DNA of 34,805 bases. Origin: Octopus bimaculoides. Its lineage: Eukaryota. The translations under genes and the position numbers were made by a program. Under the pieces are notes generated by a model that saw only the letters and a program-made list of their open reading frames with translations, was not told where the DNA came from and ran no database searches. Of the stretch, positions 1-10,186 are shown piece by piece. The stretch is taken from NCBI RefSeq assembly GCF_001194135.2, contig NC_068982.1, positions 10,300,646 to 10,335,450 on the forward strand. The letters are read 5' to 3'. Each line of letters opens with the position of its first letter. The stretch's first letter is position 1.

Positions 1-60
<60 letters not shown>
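1..60. repeat. (TG)n microsatellite
   Basis: Pure TG repeat at the window start. Confidence 0.98.
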
Positions 61-62
<2 letters not shown>

Positions 63-107
63 TGTGTGTATTATAATATATCTATATATTATATATATAT
101 ACATATA

Positions 108-660
108 TCTTACTTTAGATGTCACTTCACAGGTTTCATTTCTGAGTCTAAAACCAGTTAGTGAGCAACGTATTTCTTTGTTGTTTTTATCGTTTTAAAC
201 TCTTTTTAGTCATGTGTTTTTGTTTCCTTTGGTAAAGGCGCAAAGATACAATGCCTTATGCATTACTTTCATTTATTATGTATGTGAGTTATTAGCTTTA
301 CTTTCTACTTATCTTTCGCCTGGATTTTCATGTGCTCCAGTTACTTCGTCTTTCATTGATTTTATTGCCTTTTCTGCTTCTTTTAAGACTCCCTTTCTAT
401 AAGCAGCTTTGAAATTGAGCTTAATCGGTCTATTCTCCTCATTATATATTTCTTTTACGCATTCATCCTTTCTAGATTCTTTCTGGTCGTGATCAAACGG
501 TATGTTTCCATTTTTGCCTTTAATGTTACCACTTTGTTCACTTGCCCATTTGCCGTTTGTAATTTCGCTTATTTTATAATACATGTCTTTATGCTTGATA
601 TTAAGTTTTTCAACTTCTTAGTATTGATCATCGAAGCATTTGGTATTAGATTTTCTACAT
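108..660 (-). mobile_element. RTE-clade LINE ORF2 fragment (linker and start of RT), degenerate
   Basis: Minus translation KCFDDQY*EVEKLNIKHKDMYYKISEITNGK...SGNIKGKNGNIPFD...VLKEAEKAIKSMKD...PGE, later KNNKEIRCSLTGFRLRNETCEVTSKVR. Matches the RTE linker (GNIKDKDG, EVEKAIKSMK) and the QxGFRxxxxTRE region. Stops and frameshifts present. Confidence 0.7.
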
Positions 661-711
661 TCAGTTGAAGAACACATACCTCGTCAGTAATATCCCTCGC
701 GATATATGCAA

Positions 712-1085
712 TCAGAAAACGAGAAAATTGAAGCAAAAATCAAATGTAGGTTTTTAGATAGGTAGAAAGTCATTAGATAAACAGACAACATAGAAACACC
801 GAGAAATGAAACCCTCGAAAAGTTATCAATGCATTAAGTATAGTGCACCCAATTATATGGTGTGAGAATATCGACATTACCAGAACTCTTATCAAATAAA
901 TTACAATCTGCCATATGGATAACGTTTGCAAAAATCATGGACGTAACACAAAAACGAATGAAGAATTAAGATAGCCAAACATAAAGCAAAATGAGCGGAT
1001 CAAACTATGTATTACATGGATGGATAACATCTATAATTGGATAGTTAAAATGACGAGAATATATAAGCACAGCGGCAGGATAACT
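712..1085 (+). mobile_element. RTE-clade LINE ORF2 post-RT fragment, degenerate
   Basis: Plus translation SENEKIEAKIKCRF...QLYGVRISTLPELLSNKLQSAI then (frameshift) TKTNEELR, resembling RTE 'EIKRRI...LYGSETWTL...NKLQSAQ...KTNEEIR'. Confidence 0.55.
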
Positions 1086-1199
1086 GGGATTCATGTTATA
1101 CAGCTAGACGAAACGGAAAGAGGTCAGTTTTTGATTAAACACAATTACACTTGACACATATATGCATACATACATGCATATATAAATAAATATATATAT

Positions 1200-1402
1200 N
1201 NNNNNNNNNNNNNNNNNNNNNNNNNNNNNNNNNNNNNNNNNNNNNNNNNNNNNNNNNNNNNNNNNNNNNNNNNNNNNNNNNNNNNNNNNNNNNNNNNNNN
1301 NNNNNNNNNNNNNNNNNNNNNNNNNNNNNNNNNNNNNNNNNNNNNNNNNNNNNNNNNNNNNNNNNNNNNNNNNNNNNNNNNNNNNNNNNNNNNNNNNNNN
1401 NN
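1200..1402. other. Assembly gap (N run) after a (TA)-rich tract
   Basis: N run. Confidence 0.99.
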
Positions 1403-1415
1403 GCTCTTCCGATCT
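1403..1415 (+). other. Illumina adapter remnant GCTCTTCCGATCT at a contig edge
   Basis: Exact 13-mer at the 3' end of Illumina paired-end/TruSeq adapters, starting at the first base after the gap. Confidence 0.9.
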
Positions 1416-1868
1416 ATAGAGAAAGAGAGAGACAGTGAGACAGCTAGGTACACGTATACACATATAAACATACAATTATATATATATACATACATACATA
1501 CATACATACGTACATACATATATTTATATGTACATACACACACACACAGATATATATGTATATACCTACATGGAGTAAAAAAAATGGAACACTAAGAAGC
1601 GTGTACATAATTTCTAAACTCGACAGTTGTTTCAGGAAGCTCAGAGATATATGATAATCATAACGTTTATAATTTGCAGATGGAATGTGTAAGAATTTCT
1701 GGTTATGTAACCAATCATATGGAGATACTGCTATAAGTGCCGCCGCCTGATGTGTGTACGTGGATACATGTGGGTGTATGCGTGCGTGGTTGTGTACAAG
1801 AAATGTTCATAGTTACATGTATGCACCTGAATGGATATTTTTGCATCATGCTGTCTGTCTAACACTAA

Positions 1869-1903
<35 letters not shown>

Positions 1904-2189
1904 GTAACATATTGCATAATTATAAACCGATCTAATTTTAGCCATTTCTGTGCAGACTGAAACAATTACGAACAGCCTTTATCGATTTTGCATTTTCGAA
2001 GCTTATTGGGTTTTCATCAGAAGCGTCTACAGCATTGTGACAGTTTCCAGAGAAACAAGCAGCCAAATTATTTGTATACTCAATAAATGCAGCAGTTATT
2101 CTATGAAGGAGTCCCTAATTTGCATACCAAAAGTGTTTAACAGTCTATAAATAGCAGCGGCCTGTCAACGGGGATCTTAGTTCTCACAG

Positions 2190-2197
2190 TATCAAAG

Positions 2198-2238
<41 letters not shown>

Positions 2239-2474
2239 NNNNNNNNNNNNNNNNNNNNNNNNNNNNNNNNNNNNNNNNNNNNNNNNNNNNNNNNNNNNNN
2301 NNNNNNNNNNNNNNNNNNNNNNNNNNNNNNNNNNNNNNNNNNNNNNNNNNNNNNNNNNNNNNNNNNNNNNNNNNNNNNNNNNNNNNNNNNNNNNNNNNNN
2401 NNNNNNNNNNNNNNNNNNNNNNNNNNNNNNNNNNNNNNNNNNNNNNNNNNNNNNNNNNNNNNNNNNNNNNNNNN

Positions 2475-2518
<44 letters not shown>

Positions 2519-2592
2519 ACACACACACACACATACACATATGTATGTACAAATTTGTTGAGCACCTTTTTCGTTCTTTCTCCATTCCCTCG

Positions 2593-2652
<60 letters not shown>

Positions 2653-2690
2653 CATGTGTGTTTCTGTATGCGTGTGTGTGTGCGCGCGAC
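2190..2690. repeat. (TA)n tracts around an N gap (2239-2474), followed by (CA)/(TG)n
   Basis: Direct reading. Confidence 0.95.
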
Positions 2691-3014
2691 GCGTCTGTGT
2701 TTGTCTGTGTGTAAACAAAATGTCCAGCGCCTCTCAGACTGAACAGTAGTTATAAATTATTTTTAATGAATGCATATTTATATGAATAGAAGATTATTAG
2801 ATTTCTTTTGAAAAATTATGTTTCAGGTATGAAATGAAATCATTATCCATTAAATTTATAGCTTTTTGGTGTCTAGAAAACTGTACCACAGTTACTTACC
2901 AAGTCTTATAATTAGCGTAAATAGCTTACAACTAATTCAAGTGAATTCAGTAAGAACATAGGATTAATAAGAAAATATTTTCTTTAACTTGTTTCCTCAG
3001 CAGAAACAGATACA

Positions 3015-3620
3015 CTGTAATCCATCGACTATCGGGGGAGTTACGTTCCAAAATCTCCCACAAAAATAATTAAAATTTAATGAAATATACATACCTATCG
3101 GCCGCAGAAATGCGCGATATATTGAGGAGTCTGCGATATAAATTTACTGAGTGTGCGACAGGTGAACTGCGATGTCTTCTCTTAGCACTCCGTCGGTTAC
3201 GACGACGAGGGTTCCAGTTGATCTGATCAACGGAAAAGCCTACTCGAGAAATTAACGTGCAAGTGGCTGAGCACTCCACAGACACGTGTACCTTTAACGT
3301 AGTTCTCAGGGAAATTCAGCGTGACACAGAGTATGACAAGGCTGGCCCTTTGAAATGCAGGTACAACAGAAACAGGAAGAAGGAGTGAGAGAACGTTGTG
3401 GTGAAAGAGTACAGCAGGGTTCGCCGTTATCCCCTGCCAGAGCCTCGTGGAGCTTTAGGTGTTTTCGCTCAATAAACACTCACAACGCCCGGTCTGGGAA
3501 TCGGAACTGCGATCCTACGACCGCGAGTCCGCTGCCTTAACCACTGGCTCATTGCGCCTCCACGAACCACAATGTACTGCATGCGTGATAGGTGAACCGC
3601 GATATGGAGAGAGGTTACTG
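3015..3620. mobile_element. Tigger/pogo-like MITE (about 215 bp without the nested SINE)
   Basis: Left end CTGTAATCCATCGACTATCG; reverse complement of the right end TACAGTAACCTCTCTCCATATCGCGG (CAGTA-type pogo TIR, TA at 3621-3622). Interrupted by SINE A. Confidence 0.6.
3175..3563 (-). mobile_element. tRNA-derived SINE family A, full length
   Basis: Head GTGGAGGCGCAATGAGCCAGTGGTTAAGG with A-box and B-box-like motifs; colinear with the copies at 5233 and 27876. Confidence 0.9.
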
Positions 3621-3774
3621 TACTGAGTGAAGATAAAATTATCTTTCAAGGAAAGGAAATAAAATTACATTTATAACGTGCAGAAACCAAAGTGTCCAAA
3701 AGGATTTAATACATCCAAAATATTGGAACTGTAATACAAACGGTGAGAAACATATTATGTATAAGATCTGCTGT

Positions 3775-4195
3775 GGGCAGCTGCTTATAGGATATAAATT
3801 CTAAATATTGTGATGTCAGTACCTCAGAATAAACGACGGTTTTACTTTTATACTAACAGGGGACGTAAATCGAGACTTATATAAAACTGGCTGACAGCAA
3901 AATGTAAGCCAATGACTATCAATGCTTACCGTGTACATCTGTTGCCATGAGTGGAATTCGAGGTATAATTTCGTCTTCTCATGTGGTGGACCCAGTGCGG
4001 TTTATATTCTCGATCTCATGGGATATATTATTCTGAATTATATGTCTCATGTTCTGTTGCACACCGACGGTACTCTATATTATGTAGTAGTATTATTATT
4101 GAGCACGCTTGAAGAACCAGCTACAATGGCTGACATTACGCTGACGGAGTTTGGTACGCAATAGATTAATTAGGAAACAAATTCCAACTTCTTCA
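3775..4195 (-). mobile_element. Helitron PIF1-type helicase C-terminal remnant
   Basis: Across frameshifts: QTPSA*CQPL*LVLQACSIIILLHN / VPSVCNRT / HEIENINRTGSTT*EDEIIPRIPLMATD, matching the Helitron 'TPSGxPPHxLxLKVGxPIILLRN...LCNGTR...TG...GEDVxIPRIPxxPTD'. Confidence 0.6.
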
Positions 4196-4377
4196 TACTG
4201 AATGTAATACACACCACACACACACACATACACACTATACACATACACACACTACATACCACACGCATGCAACAAACACGCACACACATACACACACACC
4301 ACACACACATATATACACACACACCACATACGCAAAATTTCTTTGAAACTTAAATATTTATCACTTTATAACTGTTA

Positions 4378-4711
4378 TGAGTTGTTCTATAAATCAGTTA
4401 TCCTAGATATCAATTGTCTTATATATCAGTTGTCTTATAAAATTAGTGTACCTTTAAACACATAAGAGGTGCCGTGACAGGACACCTAGCATCCAAGAAG
4501 GACCAGTCAAATCCAAACCACGGTTAGGGGTAATTTCGAAGGGAAGTTGACTATTTTCTGCATGCTAGGCCACTGGTAGAAAAAATCTCTATAATTTTTC
4601 CTACCCTGTATATTTTTCCTATCAGTTGTCTTAGATATCAATTGTCAAGAAATGAGTTGTCTAATAGAAGTTGTCCGGGAATGAGTTGTCCTGATATTAG
4701 TTGCCCTAGAT
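4378..4711 (+). repeat. Two arrays of a degenerate 14-16-bp unit (TCAGTTGTCYTAGATA) flanking a 170-bp core
   Basis: About 5 units at 4378-4450 and 6 units at 4622-4711, same orientation. Confidence 0.7.
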
Positions 4712-5040
4712 CCCTTCCAGCTGAACACTTTAATGCCCATACATATAAAATATACAGTATAGTTCGATTCCTGTAAGTTACAGATATAAATTTATACAGG
4801 TTTGAATTGTTACGAAGAGATTTCTAACAACAACTATTTTGAAACAACTAATGACCTGAGAGATAGATGAGGCAAAGAAAATAGGAAAAATATTAAGCAA
4901 ATTGCAAAAGTAATTTCGTCTTTTCTTCTCAAGTATCAACTTAAACCTTGCATTATCACAGATTTAAAGAAACCTGTTAAGATAGCACATCATATAGAAA
5001 TGACAACGAAACCATAAAATTACTTGCTGATAATACTTAC

Positions 5041-5097
5041 TCTTTCGCTATAGAAACTGAAAACGCAAAATCATCCTTTCTATCTCGAAGAAGATAT
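5041..5097 (-). CDS. Candidate orphan 57-bp internal exon (x-YLLRDRKDDFAFSVSIAK-x), product unknown
   Basis: Acceptor TTTCAACTTTGCTTATTTCTGCAG and donor GA|GTAAGTAT; only one open frame (phase 2 to 2); not repeat-derived as far as I can see. Confidence 0.35.
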
Positions 5098-5232
5098 CTG
5101 CAGAAATAAGCAAAGTTGAAAATAATAGGCTTTCATGAATAATTGCACATGTGACCCAATTCTTCATTCTTGAAAATATATTCAATATATATCGCCACAG
5201 CCACCGTTTATATGTTGTATATGAGCGTATAA

Positions 5233-5538
5233 GTGGAGGCGCAATGGCTCATTGGTTAGGTCAGCGGAATCGCGGTCGTAGGATTGCGGTTTCGATTCCC
5301 AGATCGGGCGTTGTGAGTATTTATTGAGCGAAAACACCTCAAGTACCACGAGGCTCCGGCAGGGGCTGGTGGCGAACCCTGCTCTACTCTTTCACCACAG
5401 CTTTCTCTCATTCTTCCTTCCTGTTTCTGTTGTACCTGTATTTCAAAGGGCCAGGCTTGTCACACTCTGTGTCACGCTGGGTACACGTGTCTGTGGAGTG
5501 CTCAGCCACTTGCACACTAATTTCACGAGCAGGTTGTA
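5233..5538 (+). mobile_element. SINE family A, about 25-bp internal deletion, 3' end lost in (TA)n/gap
   Basis: Head GTGGAGGCGCAATGGCTCATTGGTTAGG, B-box GGTTTCGATTCCC; colinear with the other A copies. Confidence 0.9.
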
Positions 5539-5543
5539 CGATA

Positions 5544-5574
<31 letters not shown>

Positions 5575-5974
5575 NNNNNNNNNNNNNNNNNNNNNNNNNN
5601 NNNNNNNNNNNNNNNNNNNNNNNNNNNNNNNNNNNNNNNNNNNNNNNNNNNNNNNNNNNNNNNNNNNNNNNNNNNNNNNNNNNNNNNNNNNNNNNNNNNN
5701 NNNNNNNNNNNNNNNNNNNNNNNNNNNNNNNNNNNNNNNNNNNNNNNNNNNNNNNNNNNNNNNNNNNNNNNNNNNNNNNNNNNNNNNNNNNNNNNNNNNN
5801 NNNNNNNNNNNNNNNNNNNNNNNNNNNNNNNNNNNNNNNNNNNNNNNNNNNNNNNNNNNNNNNNNNNNNNNNNNNNNNNNNNNNNNNNNNNNNNNNNNNN
5901 NNNNNNNNNNNNNNNNNNNNNNNNNNNNNNNNNNNNNNNNNNNNNNNNNNNNNNNNNNNNNNNNNNNNNNNNNN
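5575..5974. other. Assembly gap flanked by (TA)n
   Basis: N run. Confidence 0.99.
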
Positions 5975-5984
5975 TATATATATA

Positions 5985-6180
5985 GTTGAAATTTACAGAA
6001 AAACAAACGACAAAGACAGGAGTATAAACAACAAGCAGGTGTACTAGTTAGACACCGCACGGGAATGTAAGAAAATCTTTTACGTTTCGAGCCTACGCTC
6101 TTCAACACAAAAGGAACACGATGAAATAAACAGATAGTATAAAAAAACTTGGCGTTAGCGGTCAATCATGGTGACTGGAT
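5985..6180 (-). mobile_element. Probable Penelope-derived non-autonomous repeat with a hammerhead-like cassette
   Basis: Minus strand 6112-6077: TTTT GTGTTGA A GAGC-GTAG-GCTC GAAA C GTA AAAG; abuts (TA)n. Confidence 0.45.
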
Positions 6181-6199
6181 GGACAAAGGTAGTTAAACA

Positions 6200-7555
6200 G
6201 GAGAGCTAGGAAGAAGGGGAGTATTGGGGATCCCAAAATGAAGGAAAAGGTACAGTTATAGGGAAAATGATAGTTATAAAAACATAATAAATAGAATACA
6301 AATGAAATATCTAAACTGGTTTTAATAGTTGAATTATTTTAAAGATGGGACGATTTTTGCGCGGGGAAGTCAATGGAGCGTTGAGAAGGCGGATTTCTGT
6401 TTGGAAGGAGAATCTCCTCTCATTAAGACTTCAAGAAGAACGATTTCTGGCGTTCTCTCTCTCAGTTCGCTTAATTTAGGCTTTTGGGACACTTTCCTCA
6501 CTTTCCACACTTGCAGGTCGTTTCATTTGAAACATATCAAGGGAAGTTTGCTTTTCCCTGCCTTTCAAAATGTTGCGAACATTCCAGAACATTGCCATTA
6601 AATAAAGCAGGAGCACGACCTATAGCTATTTCTTCAGAATGATTTTTTTTCTTCAGAATTAGAAACGTAATGTCACTTTGCCAACTCTGCCTTGATGTCA
6701 ATCATACAGATAGCCTTCTCCTTTACACTGTCCTGATCCGGGGAACAAATCTCTTCCACAGCATCCAAATACTGTTACTCCTTAATCTGTACAAGTTCAT
6801 CTGTCGTCAACTTCCCTGAGTGCTTCCCGACAAGATCGTGTTAATGTCCCAATCATCAACCTCAAAGCCCTTGGACTTGCCAAGAAACACTATCTCCTCG
6901 ACTACAAGTGTCTCAGACTCAAACCCTTCGAAGTCTCTTTCGGATACGCAGTCAGGACATAGTTTCCTCCATGCAGAATTCAGCGCTCTCCTCGCTACAC
7001 CCTACCAGGCCATATCGATGATTTTCAGGCAGTTTACAATGTGGTGTTCCTTCCAAAATTCAACAAGGGTTAGATTTTTATTTTCGGTGACTTTGCAGTC
7101 ACTGATGAAACAGGTGTTTGGTGTACAATTTCTTAAACTTCGAAATCACTTGTGGTTCCATGAGCTGCAAGATAGGGTAGTTTAGCGTTGAAGGTACGGA
7201 ACTTTTATGAATTCAATTTCGCCCAGGATATCATCTTCGAAGTTAGGAGGGTGCGCAGAAGTATTGTCGAAGATGAAGAGGACCTTGAGAGAAAGATTGC
7301 TCTTCAGAAGGCACTTTTTCACTGCTGGTTCGAAGACAAGGTCGAACCACTCGGTGAAGAATTGTCTGGTAACCCAGTCTTTAACGCTTGCCCTTCACAT
7401 GAACTGCAGCTTCGCCTTCGGGATTTTGTGTGACTTGAATGCTCGGAGATCTTCAGAATGGTAGACAAGGAGCGGGTTAAACTTCAAGTCTCCATTCAAA
7501 GGGAGAGAATAAGCCTATCTTTCATAGGCTTGTGAGCTGACATCTTCTTCGGCCA
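6200..7555 (-). mobile_element. Tigger/pogo (DDE_1) transposase remnant, 5'-truncated by SINE C
   Basis: Minus translation AHKPMKDRL...NGDLKFNPLLVYHSEDLRAFKSHKI...WVTRQFFTEWFDLVFEPAVKKCL...FDNTSAHPP...MEPQVISKFKKLYTKHLF...AWRKLCPDCVSERDFEGFE...LEVLMRGDSPSKQ (ends about 6394); many stops and frameshifts. Confidence 0.9.
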
Positions 7556-7558
7556 AAT

Positions 7559-7920
7559 CGAACAAATCGGCCCCTGGACTTATTCTTTGTAAGCCTAGTA
7601 CTTATTCTATCAGTATCTTTTACCGAACCACTAAGTTATGGGGATTTAAACACACCAACATCAGTTGTCAAGTAGTGGTGTGGGGACACACAGACAAGCA
7701 AACACACACACACAAACGCACACACACAAACACACACACACACACACACACATATTTACTGCAGGCGTCTTTCAGTTCCCGTCTGCCAAATCGACTCGCA
7801 AGGCTTTGGTCGCCCCGAGGCTATAGTAAAAGACACTTACCCAAGGTTCCACGCACTGGGACTGAACCTGGAGCCATGTGGCTGGGAACAAGCTTCATAC
7901 CACACAGTCACGCCTGCGCC
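7559..7920 (-). mobile_element. tRNA-derived SINE family C with internal (CA)n, 3'-truncated
   Basis: Head GGCGCAGGCGTGACTGTGTGGTA, B-box-like GGTTCAGTCCC, core ACCTTGGGTAAGTGTC; colinear with the copies at 21363 and 33800. Confidence 0.88.
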
Positions 7921-8896
7921 TATACGTTCACGCTTTTAAAAAAATAGTCACTAGTGCTGGCGTTTCATTTACCTTTAATAGTTGCTGGTTGGTCGTAGTA
8001 ACAGCATTACATGCAAACAGCGAAAGAGTCAATGGTATTCCAGTAAGCTGCATACATTAATGTCAATTGCGAAATTTATTTTAATGTAAATCCTTTAATT
8101 TTATTTGATACAGCAGTTATGAAGGTGCATAAATATTATAAATATCCCGCTTCTATTATATGGCTTTGTGCTTTAAAATTGCATACTCTCACTTTAAGTA
8201 CCAGAAGTCTCTCTTTGTATATACACATATACATACAAACACATACACGTATAGTTATATAAATGTGCGTGTGTGTGTGTGTGCCTGTGTGTATGTGTGC
8301 ATACGCAAATGTATAGTACACAAATATTTATGCTTTGCGATCGTAGCTACGCTAGCATAATTTTGTATATATTGATATATTAATAAAATTTATTTCTAGA
8401 GTTCAGGTAAAACTGAGTCTAATTGCTATACACATTAAGTGCTCAAGTTGACTTTCCAAATAAAATTCCGACATGAACTGCAACAAGAAGTAGTAGCGTT
8501 ACAACTGCCTATCAATAAACGGTTATAAGTGGTTTATCATTGAGCAGGTATATGTAGAGTAGACAAAAAACGGAAAAGAAAGAAAAAAAAGACAGGCAAA
8601 CAACCAGTGTTGATTTAGATCATGGTAATCATATATTTAAGCATAATTGCTGTGTTGTTACAATTGAGTTGTTTGAATAGTGCGGATCGTAAGAAATCAA
8701 GGTGTGCAAATAGCCTCTTACGCCATTTTCCAGAAAAATTACAGAAATGGTTTGTTTGTGTTTCCCAGCAAACGCATAAATTATCCATATAGTAACTGCC
8801 TGTTCCATGTTCAGAGTGAAAAGACATAGGAGGGAGATCCTTAGTCGAGTATATGATTCATTTGAACGTAAATACGTATCTTGGGGGGGGGGGTAT

Positions 8897-9677
8897 TTAT
8901 TTTTTACATTTGAATGAATGCGTATTTAAATTGTGTTTATGTCCCGTAATGAAAAGGCTGTTAATACTACTGGGATTAGCTGTGCCCCGGCCAGAGAGGA
9001 TGGTGTAAGGAGGTGTAAGAGATGGGGTGTTCGAAGGGCTATCAGAGGGTGAAGAGTTTGCTAGAACAGATTGCCACACTGGAAGGTTCGTAGGTTTCAC
9101 CCAGAAATTTACAGGTATCAGCAGAAGAACCACTCGAAACATCTGAAGAAACATCTAGATGGCACTGGTTGAAAAAGTAATTGGTAAAGGTGAAAAGAAT
9201 GCCGTTGTGCCACAAGTCTTGGCTAGATAATCCTAAGACGAGTCGCCTGGATAATGGTTTTACATTGTATGACTCGAAACACTCAGTGACCACAGAAAAG
9301 AACACCGGTGATATAGGAAGAATTGCATCTGAAAATGTAGTTTGAACTAAATATAGTTCGTAACTTGAGTTACTATGTACTACAACTTCGTATAAAGTCA
9401 CGTAACTAGGTCTTTCTTACTTTAAGTGTTAAAGTAATATATAAATAATATTCGGATGTTCTAATTTCCCGTTCTTTCTATTCGTACTGATATTAGTTTG
9501 AATATTTAATTTCCATGTCAATAAAATTGTCAATAGTGATGCTAATGAGCATAAGCCAGGAAAGATAAATTCTAGAATGCTACCATATATAGCGTTAAAA
9601 TTAGTGATAACATATATGTGCACACGCAGAGATAACGGAGACTTAAATATCTGAATTCATAAAAATGATTTAGCAGC
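8897..9677 (-). other. Unassigned non-repetitive island with splice-like signals and short ORFs
   Basis: Strong acceptor at 9678-9680, 92-nt GT-AG intron candidate 9329-9420, ORFs 9042-9401, 8897-9154 and 9429-9623, AATAAA near 8900. No coherent spliced ORF found. Confidence 0.25.
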
Positions 9678-10172
9678 CTGAAATGAATAAAAAGATACTA
9701 TGGGTTCAGCTTTGCATTCATGATATACCTGATGTATTCATTTATATATAATATATTATCTTCTTATTTGTAAATGTTATTTTATAAGCGACGTATTAAA
9801 AGGTTTGCGTTTGATGGTTGCAGTTGTTTATAAAAATATATAAAATATGTAAAATTGTTTAAAATATTAATTCAATGAATCAACGCTAATAAATGGATAT
9901 GAATATTTATATTTGTGTTGTCATGAAACCCCATATTTAAAATAGATGGGAGTAAATTAAAATAAACTATTGAAAAATCATTTTTCTCAGTAATGTACGT
10001 TTCTTTTTAAAGTATTCTTGCAATCAATGTTATCCTTGATCTTCTGTATTCCCATTACGTAGTAATGAAGTAAGAGATGAATAGCTGCCTTAGGATTTAA
10101 GGCTTCAAACGTGTGGCATGCATTAACAAAGCTATTTTGGATATTTAGGGGAAAATGAAGGAATCAGTAGAA

Positions 10173-10186
10173 GTTGCCTAAGCAAC
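10173..10186. promoter_or_regulatory. RFX X-box-like motif GTTGCCTAAGCAAC
   Basis: Fits GTNRCC(N0-3)RGYAAC; a second half site GGCAAC lies about 40 bp downstream; non-repeat context. Confidence 0.3.

Noticed and set aside
4-2749. Many listed ORFs such as MCVCVCV..., YIYIYI... and THTHTH...
   Set aside because: They are translations of stop-free dinucleotide microsatellites or run through N gaps; the same applies at 5324-6165, 12271-12824, 14386-14644, 19022-19309, 23453-23933 and 32362-32832.
3175-3563. tRNA genes at SINE heads
   Set aside because: A/B boxes are present, but there is no full cloverleaf and each continues into a multi-copy SINE body.
3922-4164. 80-aa plus ORF, or a minus exon ending at the 3930 donor
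   Set aside because: Better explained as the antisense of a frameshifted Helitron helicase relic.
4378-4711. CRISPR-like or other prokaryotic repeat-spacer system
   Set aside because: The repeats are degenerate and contiguous, without unique spacers or cas genes; the window is eukaryotic.
6820-7464. Plus-strand ORFs of 81-121 aa
   Set aside because: Antisense shadows of the Tigger transposase.
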